The notes under the pieces: model-generated
What the model saw: the letters and a program-made list of their open reading frames with translations, nothing else
Told to the model about the DNA's origin: nothing
Database searches by the model: none
Translations under genes and position numbers: made by a program
Shown: piece by piece, positions 39,825 to 47,487 of the stretch
Layout of the letters: each line of letters opens with the position of its first letter
Position numbering within the stretch: the first letter of the stretch is position 1
DNA from: Longimicrobiales bacterium
GTDB lineage: Bacteria; Gemmatimonadota; Gemmatimonadetes; Longimicrobiales; Gaopeijiaceae
DNA length: 64,000 bases
NCBI GenBank assembly: GCA_965206505.1
Contig: CBDBJW010000005.1
Location: forward strand, 567,596-631,595
Direction of reading: 5' to 3'

Positions 39825-40061
39825 ATGTCCGAGCGTATTATAGAGGGTCTCCGAATCCATATCGACCGAGACCTGTGTGTCAGCTTCGGGGACTGCATCG
39901 AGGCGGCACCAGTCGTCTTCGAGTTCGACGACGAGGAGATCGCGGTCTTTGTGGGTGAGGCAGGTAAAATCACTCGGAAAGAATTGATCGCCGCTTGCGC
40001 TTCTTGCCCCGTGGACGCACTGACCGCATTCGATGAAAAGGGGGGGCAACTCGCCCCTTGA
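39825..40061 (+). CDS. small single-cluster ferredoxin
   Basis: IHIDRDLCVSFGDCIEAAPVVFEFDDE ... CASCPVDAL is a C-x5-C...C-P pattern. Confidence 0.7.
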   Translation: MSERIIEGLRIHIDRDLCVSFGDCIEAAPVVFEFDDEEIAVFVGEAGKITRKELIAACASCPVDALTAFDEKGGQLAP

Positions 40062-40119
40062 CGGGTCGCCCCAGAAAGCGCCGACGTGATTCTTGGGCGT
40101 CTGGAAAAAGACTGATCCC

Positions 40120-41043
40120 ATGCGAAAGATTCGAACCTATCAAGACGTTACCCACGACACCGGCTCGGGCCTGCTCGAGCAGGTCGTGGACCAGCAACAC
40201 AGCCTTGCCGACCGTCTCGCTCAAGTTCGGTCCGTCGTGGCGGTCGCTAGTGGCAAGGGCGGTGTCGGCAAGAGCGCAATCACGGCCAACCTGGCGGCTG
40301 CTCTCGCGGCGAGAGGGCTCTCCGTGGGCGCCGTCGACGCGGACCTCAACGGACCGTCGCTGGGCCGCATGTTGGGCGTGTCCGGAGCCCGGCTGGCCGA
40401 TCTGCCAAGCGGAGTGGAGCCGGCCCAGAGCCCGTCGGGGGTACGGGTGATGTCCATGGAGTTGCTCCAGGAGGAGGAGGACGCTCCCCTTCGCTGGCGA
40501 GAGCCCGAAATGGGGGGGTTCATTTGGCAAAGCACGCTCGAAACGGGGGTCCTCCGGGAGTTCCTCGGGGACGTGGAGTGGGGAGACCTGGACGTACTCT
40601 TGGTCGACGTACCGCCCGGGACGGACAAGATCAGACGGCTCTTGGAGCTTGTCCCAGACGTCGATCAGATGCTCATGGTCACGACCCCGTCGGAGACGTC
40701 TCGGTTCGTGGTGTCCAAGTCCGTTCGTATGGCCCGTGAGGCCGCCGTTGGAACAGTCGCGCTGGTCGCGAACATGGTCGAGCACACGTGTCCAGAATGC
40801 GGCCACGTGTCCCAGCTCTTCACGGGTGACGGCGCCAAGCGCCTCGAAGAGGAATCCGGCATACCCGTCTGGGCCGAGATCCCCTTCGATCCACGGCTCG
40901 GCGCTGCCACTGACTCGGGCACGCCGCTCGTGGTCACCGACCCCGATGCCCACTCATGCCGGGCGATTCTCGCACTGGCCGACCGGGTCGAAGAACTCGT
41001 CGGGATCCGGGGCGAGGACGCGGTCGAAGGGGTGGGCCCATGA
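40120..41043 (+). CDS. Mrp/NBP35 (ApbC) family Fe-S cluster carrier P-loop ATPase
   Basis: VAVASGKGGVGKSAITANLAAALA, VDADLNGPS, LLVDVPPGTD, CPECGH. The start could alternatively be 40093. Confidence 0.85.
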   Translation: MRKIRTYQDVTHDTGSGLLEQVVDQQHSLADRLAQVRSVVAVASGKGGVGKSAITANLAAALAARGLSVGAVDADLNGPSLGRMLGVSGARLADLPSGVEPAQSPSGVRVMSMELLQEEEDAPLRWREPEMGGFIWQSTLETGVLREFLGDVEWGDLDVLLVDVPPGTDKIRRLLELVPDVDQMLMVTTPSETSRFVVSKSVRMAREAAVGTVALVANMVEHTCPECGHVSQLFTGDGAKRLEEESGIPVWAEIPFDPRLGAATDSGTPLVVTDPDAHSCRAILALADRVEELVGIRGEDAVEGVGP

Positions 41044-41561
41044 AGTTCCTCTGCTTGGACTGCGACAAAGTTATGGAGTTCGCCGAGCGCCAGATTCCTG
41101 GAGACGGAACGCTCGCTGCGGTATTCAAGTGCGGATCGTGCGAGAGGGAAATGGCGATGCTCACAAACCCGATGGAGACGCAACTGGTCTCCAGCATGGG
41201 CGTGAAGATCGGTGGACGCGAGGTCCCCACCCAGCCCATGGAGCTGGCCCGCACGAAACTCGAGGGCGGCCGCGACGATGCGTTCGTTTTGTCGGAGGAT
41301 ATTCCGCTCGCCTCGGGCGAGTCAGCGCTCGCCTCGGACGACCCGGCGGTTCGAGGTGAGGGCCCGGGCGCCGGCGAGGCCCCCGCGGGACCCGTTGTGT
41401 GGACGTCGGAGGCCACCGGACGCCTCGAGCGAGTCCCCAGCTTCGTCCGGGGTATGGTGAAGCGGATTTACACCGATTGGGCACGCGAGAAGGGCGTTTC
41501 GGAGATCACGCCCGAAAACATGGACCGGGCTCGCTCGGAGTTGGGCCTGGAAGGTATGTAG
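41040..41561 (+). CDS. zinc-ribbon + PCP_red (BchB C-terminal-like) domain protein
   Basis: N-terminus CLDC...CGSC. C-terminus VVWTSEATGRLERVPSFVRGMVKRIYTDWAREKGVSEITPENMDRA resembles the C-terminal domain of protochlorophyllide reductase subunit B. ATGA coupling to mrp. Confidence 0.7.
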   Translation: MKFLCLDCDKVMEFAERQIPGDGTLAAVFKCGSCEREMAMLTNPMETQLVSSMGVKIGGREVPTQPMELARTKLEGGRDDAFVLSEDIPLASGESALASDDPAVRGEGPGAGEAPAGPVVWTSEATGRLERVPSFVRGMVKRIYTDWAREKGVSEITPENMDRARSELGLEGM

Positions 41562-41563
41562 GC

Positions 41564-42556
41564 TTGTTCGGAGCCACGGAGCTTTCCTTCACCTATCCCT
41601 CGGGCCGCAAGGGCCTGGGAAAGGTCTCCCTCAAAGCGGCCCCCGGGGATCGAGTCGTTGTCATGGGCCCGAACGGATCCGGAAAGAGCACGCTGCTTCG
41701 CCTCGTCTCCACCGAGCTCCCCTCCAGCCCAGGAACGCTCGAGCTTTTCGGCGAGGCGTGCGGACCCTCCAGACGAGACTTTCGCAAGAGGAGAGACCTT
41801 CGCAAGAGGATCGGCATCGTGCAGGATACGCCGGTTCACGTGGAAGATCTCACAGGGATGGAGAACGGGCTCCTGTTCGCGGAGCTCTACGGGTTGCCCG
41901 GAGCCGAGGCTTTGGGGGCCTTTGCAGGCCTATTCACGTCACTCGGCCTGGATGATGCGCTCCACGTTCCCACGAGGGAGTACTCGTACGGAATGAAGAA
42001 GAAGCTTCTCATCGCCGAGGCTTTGGTTCACGACCCCGACATGCTCATAATGGACGAGCCCGCGCTCGGCCTGGATCCACCTTCGCGGGCAGCTCTCCTT
42101 CGAATACTGGAGGAGCGCTCGGGGAAGGGTGTGTGCACGCTCGCGGCCACCAACGAACCCGCGCTGGCCCAAGAGCTGGCTACAACGGTCGTCCTTCTCC
42201 ACGAAGGGGAGGTCGTCGCGCACGGCAGCCCAGCCGAGCTTTTGGCCAAGGTCGGCAGCGCCACACGAATCGAACTGTACGTCGCCGGCTCTCCGCCGGC
42301 CGGCCCCATAATGACTGACCCGGCCTTCACGGGGCTCCCGGGGGACATCGTGTCGATCCAAGGACTGCCCGGGCGGATCATCGCCGAGAGCAGATCGGGC
42401 TCCGATGTTCTGCCGGAATTGGTCGGCGCGGTCCTCGCGGCGGGGCTGAAGATCGAGCGGATCGAGATACGTGAACCCGACCTCACGGACGTGTTCATGC
42501 TCTTCACCGGCCAGGCCTTGGGCCCAGCTCGCCTCACTTCTTCAACAGGCCTCTAG
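41564..42556 (+). CDS. ABC transporter ATP-binding protein (ABC-2 exporter type)
   Basis: GPNGSGKSTLLRL, YSYGMKKKLLIAEAL (signature-like), LIMDEPALGLD. TTG start chosen at 41564 after GGAAGG. Confidence 0.8.
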   Translation: MFGATELSFTYPSGRKGLGKVSLKAAPGDRVVVMGPNGSGKSTLLRLVSTELPSSPGTLELFGEACGPSRRDFRKRRDLRKRIGIVQDTPVHVEDLTGMENGLLFAELYGLPGAEALGAFAGLFTSLGLDDALHVPTREYSYGMKKKLLIAEALVHDPDMLIMDEPALGLDPPSRAALLRILEERSGKGVCTLAATNEPALAQELATTVVLLHEGEVVAHGSPAELLAKVGSATRIELYVAGSPPAGPIMTDPAFTGLPGDIVSIQGLPGRIIAESRSGSDVLPELVGAVLAAGLKIERIEIREPDLTDVFMLFTGQALGPARLTSSTGL

Positions 42557-42563
42557 AGAACCC

Positions 42564-43335
42564 GTGACACTCCCCGTGTGGAGAACGGAGTGGCTCACTG
42601 CCCTGCGGCGCCGACGCCTCCTGGTGCTCAACACGCTGATCCCCCTGGCGTTCGTGGCGCCCATCGCCCTCAGTTCAGCCCCGGCGGTACACTCCGCGGC
42701 CGCCTTCACTGTGCTCTTCGCGCTCTTCGGCACGTTCGGGTCGAGCATCCCACTGATCCGTGACGGTGAATCCGGGCTCCTCCGGCGTTATGTGCTCACG
42801 GGAGTCCACCCTGGTGGCCTCCTCCTTCAGCGCGTACTCGCCACTGTGCTCTTCGCGCTCTTCGGCAACGCGGTGAATCCGGGCTCCTGCACTCGACTTG
42901 ATCGACGCTGCACTCGACTTGATCGAACTGGCGTCGGTGCTGGTTATCGTTGTAGCTGGGGGGAGCTCGACCGCTCAATTGGCCATGGTCGTGCCGGCGC
43001 TGGTACTTGGGCTGGTCGCAGCGAACGCATTAGGCGCGCTCACCGCCGCCCTGGCAAAATCAGTCGCCGAGGGAGCGCTCTTCTCGGCAGTAGCCGCCCT
43101 CCTGCTTCTGCATTGGGCGGGGACGTTTCGTACTCCTGTTCCCGGAACCTGGCAAGCCACTCTGGAGACGTGGAATCCGTTCCGCCCGCTCCATGAAAGC
43201 TTGCTCGCGGCGGCAGGCGCCGGCGGGCCCGACTTGGACCCTGTGCTATTCACAACTCCCATCGGAGTCACGCTGGCCGTGTTGCTCCTGATTACTGCCG
43301 CCGGCCGTTATACGATAGGGCTCGGTGGCCGCTGA
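42564..43335 (+). pseudogene. ABC-2-type permease disrupted by a 70-nt mosaic insertion
   Basis: Frame A (GTG 42564: VTLPVWRTEWLTALRRRRLLVLNTLIPLAF...) and frame B (...ALDLIELASVLVIVVAGG... to 43335) are both hydrophobic. Deleting 42842-42911 joins them in frame as ...LLLQRVLALDLIELASV... Confidence 0.6.
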
Positions 43336-43340
43336 GATCC

Positions 43341-43371
43341 GACTCCGAGCCGCTGAGCGGCTCCGCGGCCG
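43341..43371 (+). repeat. possible third, diverged copy of the hairpin part of the dispersed repeat
   Basis: GACTCCGAGCCGCTGAGCGGCTCCGCGGCCG versus GACTCCGGCCGCTATGCGGCTACGGGCCG. The stem is GAGCCGC-TGA-GCGGCTC. It lies directly after a stop codon, like copies A and B. Confidence 0.35.
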
Positions 43372-43479
43372 GCTTGAAATCGGGATCCGTCCCCCATCTG
43401 GTCGGCCGAGCAGCGCGCCCCCGCTGGCCTCGAAACCGGGGCCGGGCGCCACACGCCAACGAGCCTGCTCCCCGGCTTG

Positions 43480-43509
43480 TTGACAGGCCTGAGAAGGGTC
43501 GGGTATACT
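43480..43509 (+). promoter_or_regulatory. sigma-70-type promoter candidate (TTGACA-N18-TATACT)
   Basis: Perfect -35 hexamer at 43480-43485 and TATACT at 43504-43509, in the 511-bp gap preceding the respiratory operon. It would give a leader of roughly 330 nt. Confidence 0.5.
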
Positions 43510-43846
43510 CACTTTCTACAACATGCACCATTTGGAACAAGCGCCCCTTGGGTAGGGCGCCGAGGACCGTGCCTTCATCGATCCGAACACTTCGCCTCCG
43601 AGGTCGAGACCTCTCGCTTAGAGGTAAGCGATCTGGGAGATCAGGACTCCGGTCGTGCTTCGTAGGGCCCTCGCTTGCTGCGGATTACCGGTAGCCCTAT
43701 CTGTGTAAGGAAATTTTGACAACGGCTGCGCACCTCTAGAGCGAATCAGATCGTACTCGATGCCCTTCCGACTTCGAAAACGGGGGCGTTTGTGCGATCG
43801 GTATGTGAAGGGTGCCAGATAACCCGGGCCGACGCCCCAGGTGATT

Positions 43847-46060
43847 ATGTACCGTGAAGTTTTCGTACCCATCGATAACTCGGACAACTCCCACTGGGCC
43901 GTCGACCGTGCCATCGAACTCTGTAAGCGCTCCGAGGGGCGGATCACAGGCAACCATGTCTACGCGGCGCGCCTTCACGATGTGCGATTTCGCCAATTGG
44001 AAACCGGACTTCCTGCCCAATTCCAATCCGCGAAGGAAATCAAGCGGCAGCGGAAGGTACACGACAAGCTGATCGAGAAGGGCCTCCAGCTCATATCGGA
44101 TTCCTTTCTCGATCAGACGGCAATCAGTTGTGAGGCGGCGGGTGTACCGCTGACCCGGCAGCTCCTCGAGGGCATCAACTATGAGGAGGTCTCTCGGGAG
44201 GCCAACCGAGGCGCCGGCCGCCTTCCCAGCCTGATCGGCTTCGACCCGAACATAGCGGACAAGTATGACGGGGGTGAGACGGTCCGTAGCGACGTCATCG
44301 TGGACGAGGACGGACGGATCATCGCAGAAGACGAGGAGCAGGATGAGAAGCTCGCCGGCTCGAGTGGTCGCGACTACGACCTCCTTGCCATCGGGGCGCA
44401 TGGGATCGGAAAACAACCGTATTCACAGTTGGGTGGAATGGTGTCGCGGGTCATCCGCCAGGTCGAAAAGGACACCCTGATCGTCAGGAACGATCGCGCG
44501 CTAGAGGGCGGTGACTGGATCGTGTGTGTCGACGGTTCCTCTTACTCGTACAAGGCCATGCGGCATGCCTTGGAGATGGCCAAGGAGTTCGGGGCGAAGC
44601 TTCATGTGTGCTCGGCCTTCGACGTGGAATACCACCACGCCGTGTTCGGGAACATCAAGGACATTCTCTCCGTGCAGGCCTCGAAGGTCTTCAAGTTCGA
44701 GGAGCAGGAAGAGCTCCACAACAACATCATCGACAAGGGTCTTCTGAAGTTGGCGCAGGCCAACCTCAAGCGGGCTGAGGTGATGACAGAGGAGTTCCCC
44801 GACGTCGAAGTCGAGACCCAGATCCTCATCGGTAAACCCTTCCAATGTATCCTCCAGTGGGTCGAGGAGATCGACCCGAGCCTTGTGATCCTCGCCCGCC
44901 ACGGCGGGCACCGGATCGAGGGTACGGACATGGGATCTCAGGCGGACAACCTGTGCCGCCTCTCGCCCACGAACATCCTGCTCATCGGCACCACCAACGT
45001 TCGCCCGGACGACATTCCCTGGATCGAAGAGGACGGGGAGACTGGGCTCGAGTGGGCGCCAGATGCCGAAGTCCGAATTCTTCGGGTGCCCCCGTTCGCA
45101 CTCGGGATCGCGCGCAAGGCCGTTGAAGAATTCGTGCTCGACAACTACGGCCCCGGGGCCAACGGCACGTACCGGGAAGAGGCGATCGTACAGGCGGCCG
45201 TGAACGGCGCCTCCACCAACGGTGCCTCGACCAACAACGTCGCCTCGAACATCGGCGCCTCGAGCAACGGCGCCCCGGCCAACGGGGAAGGGGCCAACGG
45301 CGAAAGAACGCCCCTCACCGAAGCCGAAGACGCCGCCGATGGCTCGCTTCCCGGTGCTTCGGTGCCCCCGCTCGGTGCAGGCGGTCTTCCGATGGTGACG
45401 GGCCCTCGCTTGGACGAGGCCATTACGAAGCTGCTTCCGACCCACATGCAGTTGATCATGGGCATCGGAACGGCCGAAGAGCTTGCCCTCGCCGAGGTGA
45501 AGGCCGAGGACGCGATGAAACGGACTTTGGTCAACGGCCTGGATGCCGACCCCCAGCCGGACGTCCCCATGATCTCCGCCACCTGCCCTTACAGCGGTCA
45601 TCCGCTCATGCGTGAACGGACGGCGGACGACCCGGTCGAGTGGACCCAGGAGGCCTTCGAGCGACTGAAGCTGGTGCCGTTGATCGCGAGGCCGCTGGCC
45701 CGCAACACGGTGGAGAGATTCGCCCGTGAGAACGAATTCTGGAGAGTTACCACACCGGTCATGGATGAAAACAAGCAGGCCATGATCGAGGCCGACGAAT
45801 TCGACATGGACACGATGTTGGTCATGTTCCGTGAACTTCAGACCAAGCAGATCAAGGCGGCGGCCGAGGGCATCGACGGCATGACCCCCGAGATGCGCAA
45901 GTTCATCGAAGAGGCCAAAGCCAGCGGCGTGACCCGCTGCCCGATTCGGGACGTGGCCGAGGCCACTGAGAACTGCCCGGTGGACATCAAGACCGTCTCG
46001 CCAGAGGACGCGAAGGCCGCGATCGAGAAATTCATGAGCAAGGAACCCAGCGAAGCGTGA
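43847..46060 (+). CDS. tandem universal-stress-protein (USP) domains + two PCP_red-like modules + Cys-containing C-terminal domain
   Basis: USP 1 (VFVPIDNSDNSHWAVDRAIEL...LLAIGAHG...GGMVSRVIRQ). USP 2 (WIVCVDGSSYSYKAMRHALEMA...LVILARHG...GSQADNLCR). PCP_red-like LEWAPDAEVRILRVPPFALGIARKAVEEF and VEWTQEAFERLKLVPLIARPLARNTVERFAREN. Asn/Gly/Ala/Ser-rich linker at about 45190-45310. Confidence 0.75.
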   Translation: MYREVFVPIDNSDNSHWAVDRAIELCKRSEGRITGNHVYAARLHDVRFRQLETGLPAQFQSAKEIKRQRKVHDKLIEKGLQLISDSFLDQTAISCEAAGVPLTRQLLEGINYEEVSREANRGAGRLPSLIGFDPNIADKYDGGETVRSDVIVDEDGRIIAEDEEQDEKLAGSSGRDYDLLAIGAHGIGKQPYSQLGGMVSRVIRQVEKDTLIVRNDRALEGGDWIVCVDGSSYSYKAMRHALEMAKEFGAKLHVCSAFDVEYHHAVFGNIKDILSVQASKVFKFEEQEELHNNIIDKGLLKLAQANLKRAEVMTEEFPDVEVETQILIGKPFQCILQWVEEIDPSLVILARHGGHRIEGTDMGSQADNLCRLSPTNILLIGTTNVRPDDIPWIEEDGETGLEWAPDAEVRILRVPPFALGIARKAVEEFVLDNYGPGANGTYREEAIVQAAVNGASTNGASTNNVASNIGASSNGAPANGEGANGERTPLTEAEDAADGSLPGASVPPLGAGGLPMVTGPRLDEAITKLLPTHMQLIMGIGTAEELALAEVKAEDAMKRTLVNGLDADPQPDVPMISATCPYSGHPLMRERTADDPVEWTQEAFERLKLVPLIARPLARNTVERFARENEFWRVTTPVMDENKQAMIEADEFDMDTMLVMFRELQTKQIKAAAEGIDGMTPEMRKFIEEAKASGVTRCPIRDVAEATENCPVDIKTVSPEDAKAAIEKFMSKEPSEA

Positions 46061-47487
46061 GCAGCGCAGCAGATCTCAGGTCCATGTCCTCTGCAACTCT
46101 GGCACCTCCCGCTCCGGAAGGGCTCGAGACGGTCGCGCCAAGCCGGGAGCGGGGTCCGTACACTCCGCATATCGTTGCGTGGAACCTCACGAAGCGATGT
46201 AACCTGGCGTGTGCGCACTGTTATATCTCGGCGGGTTCCTGGCATGTGGCCGACGATGAGCTCTCCACGGATCAATGCTTGCGCATCCTGGATGAGATTC
46301 TCGACGTGAACCCCAACCCCATGTTGATCCTTACTGGGGGAGAGCCCCTCCTTCGAGACGACCTGGAGGCCCTGGCAAAGCAAGCTTCTGCGGGGGGCGC
46401 CACGGTTGTGGTGGGAACCAACGGGACGCGCCTTAGCGGCGAGCGTATCGACTCCCTGTTGGAAGCCGGCGTTAAGGGTGTCGCGGTGAGTATCGACTCG
46501 CTGCGTCCCGAGTATCATGATCGGTTTCGGCACGGCGGGGGCGCACTCACGGACACGATGGCTGCGGTCGAGCGTTGCTCGGCTCGAAAGCTCGATTTTG
46601 TTATTCAGACGACCGTCACGTCCGGTAATCGGCACGAAATTGCAGATTTGGCTCGCTGGTCGGCCGAGGCGGGAGCCGTTTCCTTCAACGTCTACTTCGT
46701 GGTCCCGACCGGGCGCGCAGAACATATGCAGGGCATGAGTCCCGAAGAGAACGACGAAGTCCTTCGTGAGCTCGTCGAGCTGGAGGGGACCTATCGCGGC
46801 CGCATGATGGTCCGCTCGAAGTGCCAACCACAGATCATGAGGCACGTGGTCGGGGGTGATCCGGAGTCTCCCCTGCTGAACTATGAGACTCGCTGTCCCT
46901 GTGGTGTCCACTACGTGCGTATCACGCCTGAGGGCAAGGTCACGCCATGTCCTTATATGCCCGTGGTCGCGGGGGACCTGTTGACGCAGAGTTTTCAGGA
47001 AATCTGGGAGTCGTCGCCCGTCTTCACCAAGCTCAGAACAGGCGAGCTGGGCGGACGGTGCGGACGGTGCGAGTACCGCGAAGTGTGCGGAGGATGCCGC
47101 GCCCGCGCCTATGCCGACAACGGCGATTTTATGGGTCCGGATGATTCCTGCGCCTACGAGCCGTCCGGAGAGACACCCCTCATTGCGTCTCGCCGGCCGG
47201 TCTCCTACGGGCAATCAGTCCCAGATGGGCAGTCGGGCGCCGACCGCGGCGCCTCCATCGAGCAAACCCCATCGGTCGCCCTCGAGTGGACCCCGGAAGC
47301 GCTCGCCCGCATGGACAAAGTACCAAGCTTCGTTCGGGGAGTGGTCATACAAAGGGTCGAGAAGTTCGCCAATGACCGAGGCTACACATGCGTGGATGTG
47401 GAAGTCATGGAGGAGGTTCGTCGGAACCTCCCCGTGGATTTCTCCAAGAAACTTCCGTTCTTCTTGGGAAGAGGGGGAAGGGCATGA
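46057..47487 (+). CDS. radical SAM / SPASM enzyme of the NirJ/AhbC/AhbD (tetrapyrrole-modifying) type with a C-terminal PCP_red module
   Basis: CNLACAHCY cluster motif, LILTGGEPLL, VGTNGT, SIDS, QTTVT, VPTGR. SPASM end GGRCGRCEYREVCGGCRARAYADNGDFMGPDDSCAY. C-terminus LEWTPEALARMDKVPSFVRGVVIQRVEKFANDRGY. Confidence 0.8.
   Translation: MSSAADLRSMSSATLAPPAPEGLETVAPSRERGPYTPHIVAWNLTKRCNLACAHCYISAGSWHVADDELSTDQCLRILDEILDVNPNPMLILTGGEPLLRDDLEALAKQASAGGATVVVGTNGTRLSGERIDSLLEAGVKGVAVSIDSLRPEYHDRFRHGGGALTDTMAAVERCSARKLDFVIQTTVTSGNRHEIADLARWSAEAGAVSFNVYFVVPTGRAEHMQGMSPEENDEVLRELVELEGTYRGRMMVRSKCQPQIMRHVVGGDPESPLLNYETRCPCGVHYVRITPEGKVTPCPYMPVVAGDLLTQSFQEIWESSPVFTKLRTGELGGRCGRCEYREVCGGCRARAYADNGDFMGPDDSCAYEPSGETPLIASRRPVSYGQSVPDGQSGADRGASIEQTPSVALEWTPEALARMDKVPSFVRGVVIQRVEKFANDRGYTCVDVEVMEEVRRNLPVDFSKKLPFFLGRGGRA

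Noticed and set aside
43510-43846. Assigning the long leader to a known riboswitch or housekeeping RNA (cobalamin, SAM, c-di-GMP, 6S, SRP, RNase P, tmRNA).
   Set aside because: I could not find the diagnostic conserved boxes of any of these by eye. It is left as an unclassified leader in the findings.
44501-47214. Minus-strand ORFs 44501..45601 (366 aa) and 45838..47214 (458 aa).
   Set aside because: They lie antisense to the USP-PCP_red and radical SAM genes, which carry clear family motifs. The antisense translations are low-complexity and Arg/Gly/His-rich.
41040-47487. Reading the PCP_red-containing genes as part of a photosynthesis (DPOR) gene cluster.
   Set aside because: Only the short C-terminal module is present. 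There are no BchN/BchB/BchL catalytic cores and no other bch/puf genes in the window.
41564-47487. Reading the radical SAM/SPASM enzyme plus ABC exporter as a RiPP biosynthetic cluster.
   Set aside because: The radical SAM core resembles the tetrapyrrole enzymes NirJ/AhbD along its whole length. No precursor-peptide-like small ORF or peptidase lies next to it. It is translationally coupled to respiratory genes. This still needs a phylogenetic check.
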